Below, one piece after another: positions 10,443-18,392 of a DNA stretch of 64,000 bases. The notes under the pieces were generated by a model, which saw only the letters and a program-made list of their open reading frames with translations, made no database searches and was not told the DNA's origin. Numbering within the stretch: the first letter of the stretch is position 1; every line of letters starts with the position of its first letter. Both the position numbers and the translations under genes were made by a program. Source of the DNA: Planctomycetia bacterium (lineage in GTDB: Bacteria; Planctomycetota; Planctomycetia; Pirellulales; Thermoguttaceae); NCBI GenBank assembly GCA_030527205.1, contig JAUNBG010000010.1:21556-85555 (forward strand), given 5' to 3'.

Positions 10443-11744
10443 TTAAACCGTCCAAGGTTCCCGCAAAGCGCGTTTTCGCATACGATTCGCCTGATCGTCG
10501 TTGAGGAACAGTTCCCGTTCCGGATCAAATTCAAGTTCCCGTTGGAGCATCCAGGAAAGCGCCGCCGCATGACAAGTTACATGCGACGATCGAATAACGA
10601 TTTGATTGCAGGCGGGCAAATCCCGAGTCTTGACGCAATCGAGAAAATTCCGAACATGATTCCGAGGACATTCGCCCACAGAAAGTCTGTTATCCGCGTC
10701 TTTCCGAATGATTTTATTGATCGAAGGACGCAAGGAATCAGGAGAAACAACGATATTGCCGCTGTCGCCGACTTCAACCCAACCTTCTGTTCCTTCAAAA
10801 CGAACGGGACATGTGCCCAGCCCGAGCCAATTGTCGGGACGCATTACAAGTTGAACGCCGTCGGCATAAGTTGCAAAAACGCGTTTTCCCTCCGACCAGA
10901 ACCGAACAGGAGTTGTCCCGTCTTTTCCAAGAGCGAATTGACAAAGATCGACTGTATGCGCCCCCCAGTCAAGCAGTCGGGCGCCGGAATCAAAATCATA
11001 ATGAGCCCGCCAATCGCCCAAAATATAACGTTTGTTATAAGGGCGCCAGGGAGCGGGGCCAAGCCAAAGGTCCCAATCGATTTCATCGCGATCTGGAAGT
11101 TCCTCTGCGGCATACCAATCGGTTCGATAACAAAGCGAATAGATCGAAGCATGAACCGTATGAATTTTTCCAAGTTTTCCGCTTCGCGCCAATTCGCAGG
11201 CAAATCGGCAATTTTCAACGTTACGACGTTGCGTTCCCCCCTGAAAAACCGTCTTGTTTCGATTCATCGTTTCGGCAAGAGAACGACACAGATCCATTGT
11301 CAAAGCGCAGGGTTTTTCGCTGTAAACGTCTTTTCCTGCCTGCGAAGCATAAATCGACGCAATGGCATGCCAGCGGTCGCCAGTTGCAATAAGAACGGCA
11401 TCGATATCGGAACGTTCCAACATTTCGCGGAAATCGCGATACATGTCCGTATCGGTTGTTTCGTATTTGGAATCTCCCATTTGTTTAACCGCTTCCCGAC
11501 GATCCCGACGAACATCGCTTATCGCCAGAAGTCGAACATCCGGTTCATTCAAAAAATAACCCAAAACATAACCGCCGCGATGATTGATACCAATTCCGCC
11601 CAATGTAATTTGATTGGAGGGGGAAACAGCCCCATCTTTTCCCAAAACATATCCGGGAATAATCAAGGGAGCAGCAACGGTTCCCATTGCCGCGAAAGAA
11701 GTCGCCAAAAAAGATCGACGGGATAATTTGTTCAAATGATTCAT
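10443..11744 (-). CDS. Gfo/Idh/MocA-family oxidoreductase with a twin-arginine (Tat) signal
   Basis: 433 aa. SRRSFLATSFAAMG Tat motif, GGIGINHRG Rossmann, and EKP in the catalytic region. Paralog of 35964..37265. Confidence 0.85.
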   Translation of the reverse strand: MNHLNKLSRRSFLATSFAAMGTVAAPLIIPGYVLGKDGAVSPSNQITLGGIGINHRGGYVLGYFLNEPDVRLLAISDVRRDRREAVKQMGDSKYETTDTDMYRDFREMLERSDIDAVLIATGDRWHAIASIYASQAGKDVYSEKPCALTMDLCRSLAETMNRNKTVFQGGTQRRNVENCRFACELARSGKLGKIHTVHASIYSLCYRTDWYAAEELPDRDEIDWDLWLGPAPWRPYNKRYILGDWRAHYDFDSGARLLDWGAHTVDLCQFALGKDGTTPVRFWSEGKRVFATYADGVQLVMRPDNWLGLGTCPVRFEGTEGWVEVGDSGNIVVSPDSLRPSINKIIRKDADNRLSVGECPRNHVRNFLDCVKTRDLPACNQIVIRSSHVTCHAAALSWMLQRELEFDPERELFLNDDQANRMRKRALREPWTV

Positions 11745-11927
11745 TGGGTCAACCCTTTATAACTCAAACTGAAAAATACGGTTTGAGTTAATCATAAATA
11801 ATATTGGTAACGGCGTTTTCCTCGAAATCCCAAACCGGTTTACGGAGAGCGAACAATCATAATTGATTTGGAAAAAAGGATAGTCGCAATACAATTAACG
11901 CAAAGAACAAAAATCAGTAAATAAGGA

Positions 11928-12890
11928 TTATTGTTTTTTCTCAATGCAATCGCCAACTTTGATATTCATCGCCCATTGAATTGAAGAAAAACCGGGAAGA
12001 ACGCAGACCTGTCCATATTTTTTCGCAACATCGGGGCGATCATAACAAATCGAACAAGGCTCGATAATGATGTTGTAAAGTCCGTCCCAACCGTCCTCAT
12101 TGATCAAAATGCCCAAATAAGGAACGTTTTTCGTTTCAAATTGAACTTCAATTCGATTTCCGTCCGGATATTCAAGTTTACAGAATCCCTGATCAAGCGG
12201 TTTTGTAAAATAAAGTTTTTCAAATCCTTTAACGCTGGCATTTCGAGCAATATCGGCGCGATAAGGATTGCCCGTTGCGTCTTTTAAAAACGGCCATTGA
12301 TGAACATCGCCGAACTTTGAACTCCCTGCGGAAAGAACGCTTGTTGCTTCCTTGCAATCTTCGGGAAGCACAATTTTCGTTCCTTCCTGAAGGTTGATCA
12401 TCATATGCCCCGCCCAAAGATATTCAAAGTCAAAAGCGCTATGATTTAACAATTCATATTGATAATGAAGCGTTTCCGGATTGATCAGTTGAACTCTTTT
12501 TTTGATCGAGTAAGGAAAACGAACGCCGCCAGTCGAAAATTCAACGGAAGGGATATCAGAGTTCTCCGAATCAAAAGTTGCCTTCCAGGGAAGAGACCAG
12601 AGTTCGCCATGATCGGCCAATTTTGTCCCTTTCCAGGGAAATGATTCATAAAAACATTCGTCAATAGTCGGAAACATATCGTCAAAACCGCTGCATTCCG
12701 CTTCGACATAAAGAGCATCAAACGGTTGTTCCTTGTAAATCGGGTCGGGACGCTGAACAAAAAATTCATAACCGGTCGATTTATCGATCAAGGAAGCCAA
12801 TTTGCCGCCTGGATTCGGAAGCAGTTCCGCGCGAATTCGGTCGCTTTCCAAGACGATACTTTCTTTATTTTTATAATTCGTTGAACTCAT
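11928..12890 (-). CDS. Aldose 1-epimerase (galactose mutarotase)-like protein
   Basis: The pattern ELLPNPGGKLASL...FPTIDE...ADHGELWSLPW resembles mutarotase-fold proteins. The ATG at 12890 has an AGGAGA upstream. The longer listed ORF (to 13022) would run into the repeat element. Confidence 0.45.
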   Translation of the reverse strand: MSSTNYKNKESIVLESDRIRAELLPNPGGKLASLIDKSTGYEFFVQRPDPIYKEQPFDALYVEAECSGFDDMFPTIDECFYESFPWKGTKLADHGELWSLPWKATFDSENSDIPSVEFSTGGVRFPYSIKKRVQLINPETLHYQYELLNHSAFDFEYLWAGHMMINLQEGTKIVLPEDCKEATSVLSAGSSKFGDVHQWPFLKDATGNPYRADIARNASVKGFEKLYFTKPLDQGFCKLEYPDGNRIEVQFETKNVPYLGILINEDGWDGLYNIIIEPCSICYDRPDVAKKYGQVCVLPGFSSIQWAMNIKVGDCIEKKQ

Positions 12891-12994
12891 TTTTCGTCTC
12901 CTGAAGATTTTAAACTGATGACTGTCAATCAGTTTTGGATTTGCGATAACGTTTATATTCAGATTTATTGAAAATCTTTGAAATTTATATTCAC

Positions 12995-13101
12995 AGGAAG
13001 TTCTAAAAACAGTTTTTTGCAATAAACTTCATTTGTGAACGGCACAAAAACCGGTTCATGCGGACAAGACGTCCGTTCTCAGCGGGTTTTTAGAACTTCC
13101 T
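12995..13101 (+). repeat. MITE-like palindromic intergenic element, copy 1 (forward)
   Basis: AGGAAGTTCTAAAAAC ... GCGGACAAGACGTCCG ... GTTTTTAGAACTTCCT. Confidence 0.9.
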
Positions 13102-13162
13102 TTATCAATTAAACAGCGTCAAACGGTCTTTGAAACAATTCTCTTTTTAAATCGGCTTGAGT

Positions 13163-15247
13163 TTAAAAGGAAGCGTTTTCGCAGAGAATTAAAATACATT
13201 CCCAAGGATTGATTTTTGGAACAACAAATCGCCGATAAGGACCGTCAACGGAATCTGCTTGAACGATAACCGGTTCACAGGAACGATCATAAAAGGTTAT
13301 GAAATCAGAAGTTGTCTGAATCATAACGACCATATTTTCAGCGGAATCAAACGTTGCGTTCAAAGCGACCATTGCCGTTTTTCCCGATTCATCGGGCTGT
13401 CGAACCCAAAGATTAACGCGGTCGAACGACTCAATATAAGCGGGGAGTCGATCTTTGGAAAGCCAGCGCATGATATTTCGAATCTGCGACTGTTTGGGAC
13501 GACTATAAAAATAGGACCAAGGATAATATCCATTAACGCAAACGCGACCGCCCAACCGATTCTCAAAAACGCCAAGAATGGTTTCTGCAGTTTCTTTCGA
13601 TGAATAATCAATCGCAGAAGAAAGCGTTTCGACGCCGGGTTGAGTCTTTTTCAAACTAATCATTGGTTCCCGCCAAAAGGATTGGCGTTTATCTCGAGTT
13701 CGACCGCCAAAAGTTCCATTAAGGAAATGATCCTGATATTTTTCAATTCCGTCAACGCTGATTATGTCGCCATATTCCATTCCCGTTAAATCATTGAGCG
13801 CATAGGATTGAGGATCGTTCAACAACCCGAGCGCATCATTATCGGTATAAACGCCCTCTTTGAAATAAATTTGAATTTCTTCTCGACTTTTTTGAGAAAC
13901 AAAAGCGCGAGACAGGAGAAAAACGTTGCTGTTTCCCTTTGCATAAGCGACAGGAATTCCCGCTTCGCTAACGCCAGACGTTAAATATTGACTCGGAACT
14001 CGCAGCGGAAAATCAGCGTCGGTTCGTTCCCAAAGCGGATGAACGCCAACTAACGGTTGCCGTCCAAGATGTTGAACCAATAAATCATAAAAAGGGCGCC
14101 ATTGGCTCGCGGTTCGAATCATCGGTTCATTATCGTCAAGCGGTTCTTCATTCATCGTTAAGACATTAAAAGCGGCGCCTGTGCAGCCGGTCGCAATATA
14201 AACGGCAGCTTCTAGCGCTGTTACATTTTTGGCCTTTTCAAGCGGTTGATAAGGGAAATTCTCAATTTCCGACTGAATCATCTCAACCAGATTCGGCAAG
14301 AGAGAAACTTGACGACCGATTTCATGCGCTTTGCCGACCAATGAATAAATGCCGGAATGTTCATAAAAGCCGCCGCCTGGACGCCAATAAACGGGTTGAT
14401 CTTGATTGGGGCCGGCAAGCGTTTTGGCCCAACGCTCAAAATCATAACCTTCCTCATAACGTTCTCCGGTCATAAACCCAAGCGGCAGACCGGGACGTTT
14501 CTCATGAACAACTTCTTCAATCAGGGCAAATAAATTGTCGATTGAATCGCTGTTAAATTGATGTATTTTCGCTCGAATTTCCTGTTCATTAATATGAGTC
14601 AACAAATAATCTCGCGATATTTCCTGATCGAATTTTTCGGACATCAATTGCAAACAATAGTCGCAAAAACAGATGGAACCCGCTTCGCCTGTTGAATTGA
14701 GCATATGACCAACTCGAACATCGTCATCAATCCAAATATAATCGGGATCGGCTTCGGCTAAGGCGGCATAAATGCGTCGAATTCGCTCTCGAAAGATTTC
14801 CTGATTCATACAGAGCGTTCCTTCGGCAGTTTTTCCGTCGATTGTTATGCCTCGGGGACATTCTTGACCGATCGAATTCGGGAGATCTTCCGAATGATGC
14901 CCCAATGTACACAAAAGATTAATTCCGGCTCGATAACCCCGTTTCTTGCAAACGGCAATCCGTTCTTTCAAAAGAACGCAACGTTTGACAAGTTCGTCAT
15001 CGGGAATGGGCGAATGCGTTGTTTGCGTAAAAAAAGTAATTTCGTCCGTTGCGCCGGGATATTTGTCGAATAAATCCAGAAGCTGTTCAAATCTCGCGTC
15101 ATTCGACCAGATATTGATGCCGATTCGGAAGGTTATGGCGGCCTTTTTTCCGATCGTTTTTGAACTTTCGTCAGAATAAAGAAGCGAATATGTTGATGAC
15201 AACAAGAATAAAACGAATAAACCTGTCCCAATAATAAAATGTTTCAT
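13163..15247 (-). CDS. Secreted hypothetical protein (694 aa); no family recognised
   Basis: Long ORF with coding-like composition and an N-terminal signal (MKHFIIGTGLFVLFLLSS). The ATG at 15247 has a GGAGAA upstream. It is embedded among glycoside hydrolase genes. Confidence 0.6.
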   Translation of the reverse strand: MKHFIIGTGLFVLFLLSSTYSLLYSDESSKTIGKKAAITFRIGINIWSNDARFEQLLDLFDKYPGATDEITFFTQTTHSPIPDDELVKRCVLLKERIAVCKKRGYRAGINLLCTLGHHSEDLPNSIGQECPRGITIDGKTAEGTLCMNQEIFRERIRRIYAALAEADPDYIWIDDDVRVGHMLNSTGEAGSICFCDYCLQLMSEKFDQEISRDYLLTHINEQEIRAKIHQFNSDSIDNLFALIEEVVHEKRPGLPLGFMTGERYEEGYDFERWAKTLAGPNQDQPVYWRPGGGFYEHSGIYSLVGKAHEIGRQVSLLPNLVEMIQSEIENFPYQPLEKAKNVTALEAAVYIATGCTGAAFNVLTMNEEPLDDNEPMIRTASQWRPFYDLLVQHLGRQPLVGVHPLWERTDADFPLRVPSQYLTSGVSEAGIPVAYAKGNSNVFLLSRAFVSQKSREEIQIYFKEGVYTDNDALGLLNDPQSYALNDLTGMEYGDIISVDGIEKYQDHFLNGTFGGRTRDKRQSFWREPMISLKKTQPGVETLSSAIDYSSKETAETILGVFENRLGGRVCVNGYYPWSYFYSRPKQSQIRNIMRWLSKDRLPAYIESFDRVNLWVRQPDESGKTAMVALNATFDSAENMVVMIQTTSDFITFYDRSCEPVIVQADSVDGPYRRFVVPKINPWECILILCENASF

Positions 15248-15503
15248 AACAGGGTTCTCCAAATAGGGGACTTTCCAAATTTGTCAAAAAATAATAGGGC
15301 TCTCCCAATTTGTCAAAAAAATTATTTTACAGGAATTCCTGCTCGATAGCAATTGGAAAACAGGAATTCCGATAATAATTGTCAAACTGCCGCCCAAATG
15401 GCCAACAGTTTCGTCTTTTTATAAACCGTCGAGGCGACAGATTCTCGCTCCAATAATCTTTGGCGCTCAAACGATTTAAACTAAATGTTTACCGTTTTGA
15501 AAA

Positions 15504-18074
15504 TTATTGTTGTTTTTGATATTCAATAACAATCGTTGACTTTTTCTCGTTCATCAGAATCGGATATTCAGCCAATTCGGCGCCGGTCATTTCCAACGAT
15601 TTCTCAATTTCGTAACCGCGTTTGATATTGATCCGATAATTTGCGTCAGGGTCAATGGCTCGCAGATCAAAACTTCGTCCGATATAAGGGGATTTTTCTT
15701 GACGAAAAACATAAACGACGCCGGCATTCAAATCGCTTCGATGAAGCTGCCAGGCGGTTATTGCCGCTTTGCCCGGAACAACGTCGGAAAGGGGATAAAA
15801 ATCGCCATACCAAAACTTCTGATACGCTTTCGCTTCGTCAACCGATTTCTTCGTCATAACCGGATCATAATCGTCATCCAGGAAATTGTATTGCAAAATG
15901 CAACCTGGATTCGCGGCGCTGCGGAATGTATATGGAGACGGATCCCAAGACGAACAAGAGAAAAGCGGAAGATATTGCGCCAACCCCAAAGTTTGATTCT
16001 GATCCCATTCCGGATGACCAGGCCAGCAACAAGTATCCGATCGCCAAAGGGGAACAGCAATGCTCGTCGTTTCGAGATCAATGCGACGTCCGCCCGAAGC
16101 GCAATTGTCGATCCATAGTCCCGGATTTTCGCTTCGGAAGCGGTTCCACATTTCGTAATGGCCTTCGACATAACGAATTTCTGTCATTCCCTGACGGTCT
16201 TCAGCGTCATTGGCTCGCCAGAAAGAAAGCGGATCAATATTAAAATCGTTCCGATAAACGCCGACTTTATAGTCCTTAATTCGTTTCAAAAGAAGTTCTG
16301 TCAAATGTTTTCGCGCTTCGGGATCATTCAATTTATAAAGCCCGCCCTTTTCGCCGCCGAAAACATATTGCGGATATTTAGTCGCAATTTCCGTATTGGG
16401 AGCGACTCGTTCCGGTTCAAACCAAAGAACGAATTTCAGACCAAGGTCTTGAATTGTTTGACCAAGTTGTTCCAAACCGCCGGGAAAATTCTTCGTATCG
16501 GAAAACCAATTGCCGACGCCATTCGGAAAACCAACGGGGAACCAGGCGGCGTCGAACCAATAAGCTGTGCAGCCGGCAGCCTTGAGACGTTTTGCAAACT
16601 CAACCTGACCGTCATATTTCTCCCAGCCTTCCCGTTTTCGATAATATCGATCAAAACATTGGCCAATCGTTTCCATTTTCATCGGAAGACCATTGTCCAT
16701 TTTCGGAGCGTATTCAAACATAAGAAGTCGTCGAAAGAGAACCTGAGCGCTTAATCGATCCGATTTCCAAGGCATCAGAAGAATGCGCGGCGAACGAATT
16801 TCTTCTTGAGGATAAAGAACGGTCGAGATTTTTTCCATTCCAGCGCGAACGGCTGTTTGATAATGCGAGGGATGCTCAAACGTTGCGTTCCATTGACCAG
16901 ACCAACCAACAGCAATGAAGATTCCTTCGGTCGGTTCATCGTCACTGATTTCGGATCGGACAACATTCCAAAAGGGAAAGACGCCGTTGGACGGTCGACC
17001 GTTCGTTGGGGCAAACGTTTTCGACTTTTGCGCTTCCAACGGATGAATGATCGGCAGCCAAGTATTGTCGTTACAAAAATCGCCGGTCAGCGTATGAATT
17101 GCAATCGGCGCATTTTCCAACCCGATATCAAAGCTGGCATCAAGAACTTGAACGTCCTCAATCAAACCGGAATTTTCATTTCCTGTATTTTTGAAGTTAA
17201 GAACCCAATCGACGCCCGCCAATTTCCCGAATCGTCGGACTTTTGCGGAAACGACAAGTTTCGTTTCGGGATCTGTCCAGGAATAAATGGAATTCAAATC
17301 GTCGATTTTTTCGACGTTAAATTTCCAATTCGCAAGAAAATCTCGAGAGGAAATGCCGTTATATTTAAAAGAGAAAGGAAATTCTGCTCTTAAGGGCGTT
17401 TTAACAACATTTCCCAAAATATATCGTTGGCCTGATTGACTTGTTGCAACGGCGTTAGCCCAATCGGCCTGATCGCAACTTGGACCGTCGGCCGTTGTAT
17501 CGACAACGAGAACAAATTCCGAAACCGGTTTTTCAAATTTGACTTCGAAAGGAATCGCGGGATCGGAACCTTTTTGCGTTTTTGATCGAAGAAGTTCCTT
17601 GCCGGCAACTTCAATCGCAAATTGAACAGAGCCGGCGTTGCCGTTTGTGCTCGAATTATTATCGACGCCAACCATTGCGGAAAACGACTCAACCGCTTCC
17701 GGAAAACGAACAACAAGTCGGCTGTTCGCATGCGTTCCGAGTCCCGTTGCGAATAATTCATTTTGAATTTTGAGCGGATTTCCCATACAGGATTCATTCA
17801 TTCGAAGAATATTAAAATCCTGACGTTCAACAAAAATCGAAACTTCCTGATCGGAAACAGCTGGTTTTTGACCGCCAAAAGCAACTTCCGTCCATTCCTT
17901 AACAAGATTCAGCTGTTCTTGCGACGGCATAAGATCGTCATCCGGGAGAACGGGCCCCCATTTGACATAATCCGAATTTTCAGGATCAAAAGGCGACTCC
18001 TGAGGGGCTGCCGCCAGACAGAATGTCGATAAAGAGAGAAGGCTCATTATCGAGGCAATAAATAAATTTTTCAT
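15504..18074 (-). CDS. Secreted alpha-galactosidase-like GH36 enzyme with an N-terminal NPCBM-type carbohydrate-binding module
   Basis: NPCBM-like GLGTHANSRLVVRF...VGVDNN...GSVQFAIEV. GH36-like WFDAAWFP, LKFVLWFEPERV, YRNDFNIDP, DNCASGGRRIDLE. Signal peptide after the ATG at 18074. Confidence 0.8.
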   Translation of the reverse strand: MKNLFIASIMSLLSLSTFCLAAAPQESPFDPENSDYVKWGPVLPDDDLMPSQEQLNLVKEWTEVAFGGQKPAVSDQEVSIFVERQDFNILRMNESCMGNPLKIQNELFATGLGTHANSRLVVRFPEAVESFSAMVGVDNNSSTNGNAGSVQFAIEVAGKELLRSKTQKGSDPAIPFEVKFEKPVSEFVLVVDTTADGPSCDQADWANAVATSQSGQRYILGNVVKTPLRAEFPFSFKYNGISSRDFLANWKFNVEKIDDLNSIYSWTDPETKLVVSAKVRRFGKLAGVDWVLNFKNTGNENSGLIEDVQVLDASFDIGLENAPIAIHTLTGDFCNDNTWLPIIHPLEAQKSKTFAPTNGRPSNGVFPFWNVVRSEISDDEPTEGIFIAVGWSGQWNATFEHPSHYQTAVRAGMEKISTVLYPQEEIRSPRILLMPWKSDRLSAQVLFRRLLMFEYAPKMDNGLPMKMETIGQCFDRYYRKREGWEKYDGQVEFAKRLKAAGCTAYWFDAAWFPVGFPNGVGNWFSDTKNFPGGLEQLGQTIQDLGLKFVLWFEPERVAPNTEIATKYPQYVFGGEKGGLYKLNDPEARKHLTELLLKRIKDYKVGVYRNDFNIDPLSFWRANDAEDRQGMTEIRYVEGHYEMWNRFRSENPGLWIDNCASGGRRIDLETTSIAVPLWRSDTCCWPGHPEWDQNQTLGLAQYLPLFSCSSWDPSPYTFRSAANPGCILQYNFLDDDYDPVMTKKSVDEAKAYQKFWYGDFYPLSDVVPGKAAITAWQLHRSDLNAGVVYVFRQEKSPYIGRSFDLRAIDPDANYRINIKRGYEIEKSLEMTGAELAEYPILMNEKKSTIVIEYQKQQ

Positions 18075-18392
18075 GATAATCCCTTTAATTATCTCACGAA
18101 ATTTAATTAACAAAACAACAATCTTTCGTTTTGTATTAAATCGATTATTTCATACAGAAAATAATTATAATTCCGACGCTTAGGTTTTTCCTTTGCGCCG
18201 CATAACCTTTGATAATGCGGCTACAGAACTCGCCGCATTTCGGAAAAACTCAAGGAAAACGTCTATAACAAGCCGCATTAACTTGATTGAGAGTTAATAA
18301 AAGAATCCGTTGTCGCTTGAAATCAGTTTCAACCGTTTCGGCAGATTCCAAAACGGTTCAAGCGGCAAACGGAATAATGACAACCAAAAACC

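Noticed and set aside
10542-11726. A 394-aa ORF on the + strand, with similar long antisense ORFs at 8755-9543, 18849-19601, 19971-20621, 44784-45485, 46309-46950 and 55858-56418
   Set aside because: Each lies entirely antisense to a gene with strong family motifs. Their translations are low-complexity (R/S/N/F/I-rich) with no recognisable domains, so they are typical shadow ORFs.
18181-18300. Repeated GCCGCAT motifs and a 7-bp stem (GCCGCAT...ATGCGGC) between the GH36 and GH127-like genes, considered as a terminator or a second repeat family
   Set aside because: The stem is short with a 12-nt loop and no flanking T/A tract in the orientation needed for the minus-strand genes. The motif was not seen elsewhere in the window.
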